Virus record (IMG/VR): IMGVR_UViG_3300046167_000801
Strand: one strand, 5' to 3'
DNA length: 64,000 nucleotides
Source of the DNA: a virus
Taxonomy: Duplodnaviria; Caudoviricetes
Positions 58,701 through 64,000 of this stretch are shown here, piece after piece. The stretch's first letter is position 1, and each line of letters begins with the position of its first letter. The notes under the pieces were generated by a model, which saw only the letters and a list, made by a program, of their open reading frames with translations, was not told the DNA's origin and did no database searches. Position numbers and translations under genes: made by a program.

Positions 58701-60115
58701 ACACAAGTAATAGTGGTGGATTGGCAGGTTCTGTCATTGAGATTAAATCACATAACGATGCAACTGATGGTGTTAACTTTGTGGTTAATGGTAACAGTGC
58801 GGTTAGAATCAATGGTAACATTGTGGTTCACGCAGGTAACTATACTTCATACCAACAACACCCAACGATTACCGCGGCTAATTCTTCAGATAACTCGGGT
58901 AGAACATATATACAAGACATCTTATTAGATGGTAACGGACACGTTACGGGTGTTACAACAGCAACAGAGACAGTTACCGATAGTGGAAATGATAATGATA
59001 TAGATTACATAAGTGGAGCTACGTTTGATGATACTACAGGTGTAATTACAGGCACAGGAACAGGTAATGCTGGATTTACTGTCGATATTGATGGTAGGTA
59101 TTTAACTACTGAAACTTATACAGCACACGATAATATTACTGCGGCCACATCTTCTAACAATAGTGGTAGAACGTATGTTCAAGACATTTTAGTAGATGGT
59201 AACGGACACGTTACGGGTATAACTACGGCTACAGAAACAGTCACCGATAGTGGAAATGATAATTACTATGTTGATGGATTAAGTTTCGATACTGGTAATG
59301 GTGTTCTTACGGCGAGTGTGAATGGGGCAACTAATCAGACAGTCGATTTAGACGGTAGGTATTTAGGAACAGGAGACAAGGCGGCAGATTCTGATTTACT
59401 TGATGGTTTAGACCTTCATACGGGACGTAACAATGAGGCAAATAAAGTAGTACGTACAGATGCAAACGGTTATATCCAAGCTGGTTGGATTAATACAACA
59501 TCGGGAGCGAACGGTGCTTCAGATACCATAAGTAGAATTTACGCGTCGGGAGATGGTTATATTAGATATTATAGTAAGGCCGACTTCATTAGTCAATTAG
59601 GTTTAATTACTACAGGTAATATTGGTTCACAATCTGTAAATTATGCAACAACGGCAGGATCGGCGGATATGATTGATGGTGTTGCATTTAGAAACACAAA
59701 TTCAACTGGAGGGATTGATGCGGACTCCTTAAATAGTGCGGGTATCACATACTACACAGGTGGTGTGACAAACTTCTCAGGTAACGCAACTGACGGAGCT
59801 CTTTACTCACAAATATATAGTTCATCATGGCAACATCAAATTGCGGGTGACTATAGAAGTGGACGAATTGCGGTTAGAGGTAAAAATAATAATACTTGGC
59901 AATCTTGGAAAAAGATACCGGCGGTTAATGTTTCTACATTCAGTAATGTGGGTACCGTTACTTTTACCCATGGTTTAGGAACCGACAACGTGATTGTACA
60001 GGTATATGATAGTAATGGTGATTTATTTTTCCCTTCGGCAATAAATTCTTTAAATGGGGTGGTTGTGGTTAAATTTGAAACAAATAGATCAGGAAGAGTA
60101 GTCGTAACAGGATAA
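49784..60115 (+). CDS. Giant modular tail fibre 2 (3443 aa)
   Basis: Shares many modules with fibre 1 (PASGVTGLSLDRIAS, coiled coil, DNIISLNG, TGATFN...DGRY, YGWGDH); contains a cupredoxin-like domain and knob-like domains; no S74 chaperone. Confidence 0.85.
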   Translation: MNIFDPHITGSLSVSASAEIQGDLTVQGTIYGTAQIDGSVDNAISASHAASYLLTSSFNDYKNTAATTGSNIFIGDQTISGSLLPQGTLTHDLGSDTKRWNDIYLAGSTIDLGGTKITKNSDGDVQLHDSGNTLKRLIASEIELGHGSNKKVLKVNNGRLKLMATNDSDEELAQLSGSFTGSFRGDGSGLINVPASGVTGLSLDRIASTTATASISSDSLITNVSIIPSITNTIDLGAPDKEWRDLYLSSGSLYINGQQVLSTTGTELRVTTDSGESIKILETGSDTITLQTVDGDITLSSSGTGNIELDAPIQITAGNKIISSDGNSIVFGNGLIITGSIGLTGTVDGVDVASLKTDVDAILDSSEADKDSFAEIVGLINSVDTANDQAFAAHYTASNNRLSSLETTSGSHDGRLSSLETTSGSHSSKLNSLELASGSIIERLGEIEFITGSHDGRLDGLETFTGSVDGTIRSDFNSYTSSNDSTNTNQNSRLGSLETKSGSLNTDIKSKLNTENVVSGSEFVLNSTSPITQYVDVTVTASGGVYYIDGVEQQIVSLAKGLVYRFDVSDSSNAGHPFRFSTTDNNQYTDGVTVNGTEGRSGAYVQIIVNQDTPQTLLYYCTNHNGMGNKVFVGGAGDTDSITEGSTNLYYTDARVKSKLNTETVISGSEQVDITNTTNYNLVTNRIGSLESFTASIDDTYASDTDVTTLRNDLNTYTSSNDSTNTNQNSRLGSLETKSGSHDGRLDSIESFTSSIDDTYATDTDVTTLRNDLNTYTSSNDSTNTSQNNRLGSLETKTGSLDSDITDLRGDLNTYTSSNETDKQNLSGRVDSLETKTGSLTTDINTLDGRVDSIESFTASIDDTYATDTDVTNLTNRVGSLETKSGSLETTNTTQNNRLGSLETTSGSHDGRLDSLETKTGSLDTTNTNQDGRLDSIESFTASIDDTYASDTDVTTLRNDLNTYTSSNNTTNQNQDIRLTSLETESGSVRSDFNTYTSSNDSTNTSQNNRLSSLETKTGSLDGNITGLDGRLDTIEGGLEFTGSNVTIKGDLLVKGTETRVDSTTVEIGDNIISLNGSGAQNAGIEVRDNTSPDLLSGSLLWDGQNNYWKGGQKGSEERLLDNTDLTTLDSRLDGIEAETGSYLTDYNNEYTTGATFNSGNGVITFKRNDGDTFTVDIDGRFLDTRAQVHSELYSTNGDANDYTEFGIYRNYASNGPISGHNTILHVSQTDGNYGFQLGGSTIVNGDGLYFRNFAGTDSITGSTWYHIATRDWVDDQNFLTDYNDEYTTGATFNTSDGVITFKRNDGDTFTVDIDGRFLTSYSETDTLDSVTTRGNITTNDITVGNITAGPTLELGGNFSIQGTDGTYYQRIKTIDTSSTSANTFSFDVKLGASANWKSLLILNQNDTATFSGEVIATSFTKSGGTSSQFLKADGSVDSNTYLTQHPPIASPASSNNSGRTYIQDILLDGNGHVTGLTTATETVVNTDTNDIDYVSSATFNTGTGVITGTGVGNAGFTVDIDGRYVELGGGTMTGGLITTNLQVHGGSSQIVLKDTTDDDDHSILFRNNADGDDYKITTKDFTSAATGDGFYLGSTGGDNVALVTNNTTALNIDTSQNSVFSGNVTASSFIKSGGTSSQFLKADGSVDSNTYLTQHPNISAASSSNNSGRTYIQDILLDSNGHVTGLTTASETVTNTDEFTTGATFNTGNGIITFTRNDGDTYTVDIDGRYLTSFTETDPIFTAHAAYNITSTQITNWDTAYGWGDHADENYLTQHPNVNAASSSNNSGRTYIQDILLDGNGHVTGITTSSETVVNTDEYTTGSTFNSGTGIITFTRNDGDTYTVDISATLSEVTVTGGTYDGSSQTLTLTKSDGDTVDVTGFALDTDVNYYLTGATFNTGTGVITYKVKGASDVTVDIDGRYLPLSGGTISSNNTYTLKLENSSNGLGTGIEFSDNPGAGTQRAYITHYHGDGSSYGSGASIVLSTNQPTMTILADGKLMYKEGIYSKPATGTGAGTRKDQNWDTAYGWGDHSTVGYLTGFTETYTEHENISAASSSNNSGRTYIQDILVDSNGHITGITTATETVTNTDTIDYINSATFNTGTGVITGTGVGNAGFTVDIDGRFVKLGGDTMTGTLDVHVPDAGTILSSGNSSATGTPDQFFIKHVNGGVAIGNLRGDINFTSGNLKNDGNLIWDAGDFTSTNISNWDTAYGWGDHSTVGYLTGYTDTNDIDYVNSATFNTGTGVVTLSGVGNAGATVDLDGRYLLDTTDTFTGALTIAGDIRGNGQQLILNAGESYAYATGQTNEYVYINAEQGLEVNSETGNWTVNGWSDRKTALLRGDLLRLDGEDLTKTNIQNFKTAYGWGDHSTEGYVKNDEYTTGATFNSGNGIITFTRNDGDTYTVDVDNRYLQLSGGSLSGNLNMTGTNPMIKFVPTGTNDGAGIRFNYTNNDGEMEFWTSDDYSEPFVWRAYDVGLDGTGNYQEWMKLYQKKLYIDGEELSKTNIQNFKTAYAWGDHSIAGYSEVDYYTTGATFNNGSGTLEFTRNDGNTYSVSLSSALVDVTVTSGTYNSSNQILTLTKSNGSTVDISGFAVDTDVNWYTTSASFNTSNGIITGTHHGGTWTVDIDGRYGLKSLSENKTYTSGGNAVGSYLGGHYSGGGTEKPNSATFGSGKLKIAMLSNTNLGFGGSWNDVLWISAYNGSDVKGSHALVFDKYSTNVYVSDQSYDSASWGTGYQLWHTGHFQQSSINNWNTAYGWGDHSAAGYASGDFLLKSGGTMSGAINMNGSGIDMVNGSISNVNHITIADPGPTEGIEWLGGNGFRIVESPNDLTTNSGGNLQFVKSSTRILTLGSNGQSEFTDKLTLTSSTSGSTIFDIQGTSGQLFSITDDLTGDLFAVSDSSGVPILNVNANGAVTLDPLGSLYVGNNKVINGSGNIEFDGPVTTSNQGRGIYWTGYDKEGTTDFSDTAHILHTSNSGGLAGSVIEIKSHNDATDGVNFVVNGNSAVRINGNIVVHAGNYTSYQQHPTITAANSSDNSGRTYIQDILLDGNGHVTGVTTATETVTDSGNDNDIDYISGATFDDTTGVITGTGTGNAGFTVDIDGRYLTTETYTAHDNITAATSSNNSGRTYVQDILVDGNGHVTGITTATETVTDSGNDNYYVDGLSFDTGNGVLTASVNGATNQTVDLDGRYLGTGDKAADSDLLDGLDLHTGRNNEANKVVRTDANGYIQAGWINTTSGANGASDTISRIYASGDGYIRYYSKADFISQLGLITTGNIGSQSVNYATTAGSADMIDGVAFRNTNSTGGIDADSLNSAGITYYTGGVTNFSGNATDGALYSQIYSSSWQHQIAGDYRSGRIAVRGKNNNTWQSWKKIPAVNVSTFSNVGTVTFTHGLGTDNVIVQVYDSNGDLFFPSAINSLNGVVVVKFETNRSGRVVVTG
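50990..53200 (+). repeat. Coiled-coil shaft repeats of fibre 2, including 59-aa units with 48-51 bp exact DNA duplications
   Basis: A 51-bp identity at 51892-51942 and 52069-52119; TACAAATCAAAATAGTAGATTAGGTAGTTTAGAAACCAAAAGTGGTTC occurs near 51242 and 51958. Confidence 0.85.
55050..58075 (+). repeat. Six W/F-x-TAY(G/A)WGDH junction repeats in fibre 2
   Basis: TAT codon starts at 55067, 55865, 56420, 56873, 57320 and 58049. Confidence 0.9.
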
Positions 60116-60126
60116 AAAAGAGTTAA

Positions 60127-61266
60127 ATGATTAGAGAAAACGTAATAGTTAGTGGTTCACTTGACGTGAGTGGACAATTTATCATACCAAGAGGTAGTAG
60201 AGGGGAAAGACCTACTTCACCTGAGATAGGTTCTATGTACTTAGAAGAATCTACAAGTGGTAGTTTCGTTGTTACATACACTGGTTCATCTAATTATGAT
60301 GATGGTTGGGAACCAGTGGGTTCGCAAGATACTGACAGAACAGGATTCAAATACAGACAAATAATAAACTATTCATATTTGGCAGGTGGATATAAGTCAG
60401 GTTCACCTTGGAAGAATGTACATAAAACAATTAACGCAACCGACCAAACATCTCACTTAGGTGAGTTATTAGATTACCCTGCAAACTATACCTCAGGGGC
60501 GTGTAGTAAAACTAAATTATTTCTTTGGTCAACAAATACGGATGGTGCTCATAAAGGCGCAACTAACATACACTCAACACATACATCAGGTATTGATATG
60601 GTGAATGAAACAACATACACCCACCAATCTAAATGGGATTTATTAAATGCGAGAGATGATTGTGGTACCCTATTTAAAGAAACGGAGTTTGCGTATGTTT
60701 TTGGTGGATCTGTAGCAACAGTTGAGAAATTCAATTTAACAAATGAGACAATGTATACCACTTATTATCCTGGTGGTTCACCATATGTAACAACAACTTC
60801 ATCTATTACAAGTACTTTAGGTTCATCAGGATTCTCTGATGAAAATTATGGTTACGGTTACGGTTCTGAAAGTGGAAACAAATGTCACTTTGCTACTGAT
60901 GTGTTCGAGACAAGGGCATCCTCATGGGCGTCTAGTGGACAACAGAAAGGGATTAGTTCTAAGGTTGGTAAAGGGTATTGTGGAAATGAAGGTACATATA
61001 ATGGGGGTTATAATTTGAGAAGATGGGATGTCTTTACTGAAACCAATATAGGTAATGTACCTAAACCCCACCAAAATTGTGGTGAAGAAAACTTCACATT
61101 AGGACAAGACCATCAATACATGTTAGCAACATACGATGGTACAGGTCAAACAAATACAAGTTGGAAATTCTCATATACGACAGATACGGGTACGGTAAAT
61201 CCTGCAGGGTTAGCACCAGGTGTTAACGCAGGTGCATCATCAGGACATTGTGGTTGGAGAAATTAA
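60127..61266 (+). CDS. Beta-propeller adhesin-like protein, paralogue 1 (379 aa)
   Basis: N-terminal PRGSRGERP..P..GSMYLE...YTG.....GWE attachment-like segment, then about six blade-like repeats (YSYLAGG, AYVFGG, YGYGYG, KGYCGN, HQYMLA). Confidence 0.6.
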   Translation: MIRENVIVSGSLDVSGQFIIPRGSRGERPTSPEIGSMYLEESTSGSFVVTYTGSSNYDDGWEPVGSQDTDRTGFKYRQIINYSYLAGGYKSGSPWKNVHKTINATDQTSHLGELLDYPANYTSGACSKTKLFLWSTNTDGAHKGATNIHSTHTSGIDMVNETTYTHQSKWDLLNARDDCGTLFKETEFAYVFGGSVATVEKFNLTNETMYTTYYPGGSPYVTTTSSITSTLGSSGFSDENYGYGYGSESGNKCHFATDVFETRASSWASSGQQKGISSKVGKGYCGNEGTYNGGYNLRRWDVFTETNIGNVPKPHQNCGEENFTLGQDHQYMLATYDGTGQTNTSWKFSYTTDTGTVNPAGLAPGVNAGASSGHCGWRN

Positions 61267-61267
61267 C

Positions 61268-61275
61268 TATTTATA
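61268..61275 (+). promoter_or_regulatory. TATTTATA putative late element
   Basis: Occupies the 12-nt gap between paralogues 1 and 2, 3 nt before ATG 61279. Confidence 0.55.
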
Positions 61276-61278
61276 GAT

Positions 61279-62397
61279 ATGATATTTGAAAATTTAGAAA
61301 TTAGTGGGTCGTTAAGAGGTCAGGGAATAACAAGACCACCCTCAGGTGCAAAGGCGGATAGACCTTCCTCACCTGAAAAAGGATCTATGTTCTTAGAAAT
61401 GACGACATCGGGTAGTTTCGACAATAGTTTTCTAATGGTTTACACGGGTAATGGAAATGATTCTGGTTGGGAGAGAATTGCGAATCAAAGTAATTTTGGT
61501 AAAACCAGTTTTAGGTTCAATCAAATTATTAACTACTCTTATTTGGCGGGAGGGTATAAATCCTCATCACCTTGGAAGAATGTACATAAGACGGTAAACT
61601 CTACAGATCAAACATCACACTTGGGTGAATTGTTAGATTATCCTGCATCATATACTTCAGGTGCGTGTAGTAGAACTATTTTCTACGTATGGTCTGTTAA
61701 TAATGATGGTGCATGGAAGAGTGCGAGTAATGTACATGGTACATATACATCTGCGATTAATATGGTAACCGATACTAATTATACACACACCGCTGAGATG
61801 GATACTAATATAGCAAGAAGTGATTTAGGTACGATGCATAAGGAAACAGAAATGGCATATCTTTTTAGTGGGGGTAGTGCCACTGTTGAGTTATTTAATT
61901 TAACCACAGAATCCTTACATACGGCATATACACTATCAACAATAAACGGTAGTGATGGTGGTTCGGCATTTTCGGATGAACTATATGGTTATGGTTGGAC
62001 TTCAAGTGGAGGTGTCAAATTAAACTTTTCAACGGAAACTTTTGCAACATCCCCTCATTGGTCAAACCATTCACAACAAAAAGGTATCTCATCTAAAGTT
62101 GGTAAAGGTTATGCCGGTAATGAAGGTTCATATAGTGGTGGTTATAACTTAAGGAGATGGAGTAATCAAACAGACACCAATATAGGTAATGTTGTCAAAC
62201 CCGATGGTAACTGTGGTGAAGAGAATTTTACTATGGGTCAAGATTGGCAATACATGTTAGGTAATTATAATGGTCTCCAAAACAATAATTCATGGAAATT
62301 TACATACGCAACTGATACGGGTACAACAAGTGTAAGTGGGTTAAATCCCGCAGTAAACGCTGGTACTTCATCAGGTCATTGTGGTTGGAGAGAATAA
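61279..62397 (+). CDS. Beta-propeller adhesin-like protein, paralogue 2 (372 aa)
   Basis: Collinear with paralogues 1 and 3 (INYSYLAGGYKSSSPWKNVHK...SSGHCGWRE). Confidence 0.6.
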   Translation: MIFENLEISGSLRGQGITRPPSGAKADRPSSPEKGSMFLEMTTSGSFDNSFLMVYTGNGNDSGWERIANQSNFGKTSFRFNQIINYSYLAGGYKSSSPWKNVHKTVNSTDQTSHLGELLDYPASYTSGACSRTIFYVWSVNNDGAWKSASNVHGTYTSAINMVTDTNYTHTAEMDTNIARSDLGTMHKETEMAYLFSGGSATVELFNLTTESLHTAYTLSTINGSDGGSAFSDELYGYGWTSSGGVKLNFSTETFATSPHWSNHSQQKGISSKVGKGYAGNEGSYSGGYNLRRWSNQTDTNIGNVVKPDGNCGEENFTMGQDWQYMLGNYNGLQNNNSWKFTYATDTGTTSVSGLNPAVNAGTSSGHCGWRE

Positions 62398-63524
62398 AAT
62401 TTTAAGAATATGATATACGAAAATATGTCCGTTAGTGGTTCACTTAAAGTGGACAGAGTTACTGCAAGACCACCGAAAGGTGTTAAGTCACAGAGACCAT
62501 CGAACCCATTATCTGGTTCTTTATTCTTGGAAGAATCATCAGAACACACAAGTTATTTAATGGTTTATACGGGTGTGTCTAATGTGGATGAGGGTTGGGA
62601 AAGAATTTCAGCACAACAAAACGAAGGAACTAATTTTAAGTACAGACAAATAATTAATTATTCTTACATCGCCGGTGGATATAAATCCTCATCACCTTGG
62701 AAGAACGTACATAAGGCAACCAACGCAACTGATCAAACAACCCACATTGGTGAGTTATTGGACTATCCCGCAAACTACACATCAGGAGCGTGTAATCTTA
62801 GAATATTTTTTATGTGGTCTGTAAATACGGATAGTGCACATAAAGGACCAACGTCTCTACATAGTAACACAACTTCTGCGGTCAACATGTTTACCGACAC
62901 TAACTACGCCCACCAATCTAACCATGACTTACAATATAGTAGGTCCGATTGTGGAACCATGTGGAAAGAACATGAGTTTGCTTGGATTTTTGCGGGTAAC
63001 AGAACAGAGGTAGATAAATTTAATTTAACTAATGAAACGACAATAACAAACTATGGGGTAACCTCGATAAGTAGTAGTGGTGGAGCGAGTTCTTTTTGTA
63101 ATGAAACCCATGGATATGGATGGAGTACAAGTAGTATAAAAATGGAATTCTCTACGGAGACTATATCAAGTTCATCAAGTTCATGGTCAGCACACGGACA
63201 ACAAAAAGGTATTCCATCTAAAGTTGGTAAGGGTTATGCCGGTAATGAGGGATCTTACCAAGGTGGTTACAATTTGAGAAGATGGGATACATCTACAGAT
63301 ACGAATATTGGTAATGTTGCAAAATTAAGATCGAATTGTGGGGAAGAGAATTTCGCTATGGGCCAAGATTGGCAATACATGTTAGGTTGTTACGGTAGTT
63401 CTTTACAGAATAACGATAGTTGGAAAATGTACTATCAAACAGATACGGGAGTTTTAAATCCCGCGGGTCTTCCACCGGCAGTAAACGCTGGTACTTCATC
63501 AGGTCATTGTGGTTGGAGAGAATA
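62350..63524 (+). repeat. 47-bp exact direct repeat at the 3' ends of paralogues 2 and 3
   Basis: GCAGTAAACGCTGGTACTTCATCAGGTCATTGTGGTTGGAGAGAATA at 62350-62396 and 63478-63524. Confidence 0.9.
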
Positions 63525-63525
63525 G
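62410..63525 (+). CDS. Beta-propeller adhesin-like protein, paralogue 3 (371 aa)
   Basis: Same architecture as paralogues 1 and 2. Confidence 0.6.
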   Translation: MIYENMSVSGSLKVDRVTARPPKGVKSQRPSNPLSGSLFLEESSEHTSYLMVYTGVSNVDEGWERISAQQNEGTNFKYRQIINYSYIAGGYKSSSPWKNVHKATNATDQTTHIGELLDYPANYTSGACNLRIFFMWSVNTDSAHKGPTSLHSNTTSAVNMFTDTNYAHQSNHDLQYSRSDCGTMWKEHEFAWIFAGNRTEVDKFNLTNETTITNYGVTSISSSGGASSFCNETHGYGWSTSSIKMEFSTETISSSSSSWSAHGQQKGIPSKVGKGYAGNEGSYQGGYNLRRWDTSTDTNIGNVAKLRSNCGEENFAMGQDWQYMLGCYGSSLQNNDSWKMYYQTDTGVLNPAGLPPAVNAGTSSGHCGWRE

Positions 63526-63583
63526 TAATAAACACTTTATTTAATTGTTTTTTATACTTATATTATAGTAAAATTTTTATTAT

Positions 63584-64000
63584 ATGAAAGAAGAGTATAA
63601 ATATGAAAAAACCAACAACCTAAAAGATGGTTTAGATACTAAGTTAATTGAAGTTGCGGAACAAGTTTCATTCGCACTACCAAGGTACAAGGCAGAAAAT
63701 TTTGTTGGGGGTGCACAAATAACACCTTATGCGAAACTAAAACAATGGTTACTTGAACTTAGAGGTAGAGAAGACGCCGTAGAACATTTAGAATATACCG
63801 TTAAAAAACAGGATTTGGAAATACAAATCCAAGAGGAGAGTAAAGAATTTTTAACAGACCCTAAAAGAAAACAGTTGGTAGATCTCACAATTTCAGATAT
63901 GAAAATAGATCTTAGAAAATTTAAAAGAAATCTTAAAGATGCTTACATAGAGAGACAAGGTTTTATTGATTTAATAAAAGATTTCTTAGATACTGACGAT
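63584..64000 (+). CDS. Conserved phage hypothetical protein, truncated by the window edge
   Basis: ATG 63584 stays open to the end: MKEEYKYEKT...FVGGAQITPYAKLKQWLLELRGRE...; preceded by a weak TTTATT-N17-TATATT at 63536-63564. Confidence 0.75.
   Translation, partial: MKEEYKYEKTNNLKDGLDTKLIEVAEQVSFALPRYKAENFVGGAQITPYAKLKQWLLELRGREDAVEHLEYTVKKQDLEIQIQEESKEFLTDPKRKQLVDLTISDMKIDLRKFKRNLKDAYIERQGFIDLIKDFLDTDD

Noticed and set aside
18781-63525. Diversity-generating retroelement template/variable repeat pairs among fibre or propeller repeats
   Set aside because: Mismatches involve all four bases and mostly third codon positions rather than only adenines, and no reverse transcriptase is in the window.
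1-64000. Alternative genetic code (TAG or TGA recoded), as in some large phages
   Set aside because: ORFs of 2934 and 3443 codons are intact under the standard code, and TAG and TGA end genes at sensible boundaries.
1-64000. tRNA, rRNA, integrase, transposase, intron or intein
   Set aside because: Intergenic gaps are too short or are explained by promoters and terminators; no cloverleaf, recombinase, homing endonuclease or intein terminal motifs were seen by eye.

Overview
An AT-rich, densely coding, almost entirely plus-strand segment of what is most likely a jumbo/huge tailed bacteriophage genome (inferred from gene content; no capsid, terminase or rRNA genes are in the window). Order of blocks: (1) 1-8.2 kb: head-associated and host-like accessory genes (acidic CxxC protein, Hc1 histone-like protein, PAP2 phosphatase, Dam-family methyltransferase, NusG, AAA ATPase, thioredoxin, glutaredoxin-like). 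(2) 8.3-15.0 kb: three structural fibre/baseplate-like proteins. (3) 15.2-24.0 kb: a 2934-aa modular tail fibre ending in an S74 chaperone, followed by six LamG-type lectin genes (24.0-32.5 kb). (4) 32.5-49.7 kb: a ~17-kb glycan synthesis/decoration cluster (several glycosyltransferases including two GT7-like enzymes with an inserted LamG domain, methyltransferase, two radical SAM proteins, two SGNH-like proteins, a frameshifted UDP-glucose dehydrogenase, carbamoyltransferase). (5) 49.8-64 kb: a second, 3443-aa fibre and three tandem beta-propeller adhesin paralogues. Best leads: the two fibres are in-frame cassette arrays joined by 18 copies of a W-x-T-A-Y-G-W-G-D/N-H motif with unusual DNA-level conservation and visible mosaicism between repeats; a lectin-guided glycan cluster sits between the two adhesin loci; two promoter classes can be read from the intergenic DNA (TTGnnn-N17-TATATT before accessory genes, TATTTAT[A/C] before structural genes) and overlap divergently at 3.9 kb; the first fibre has a four-palindrome leader; ugd is split by a GGTA duplication. 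All family calls are by eye from motifs, with no database searches. No tRNA, CRISPR array, integrase or reverse transcriptase was found.
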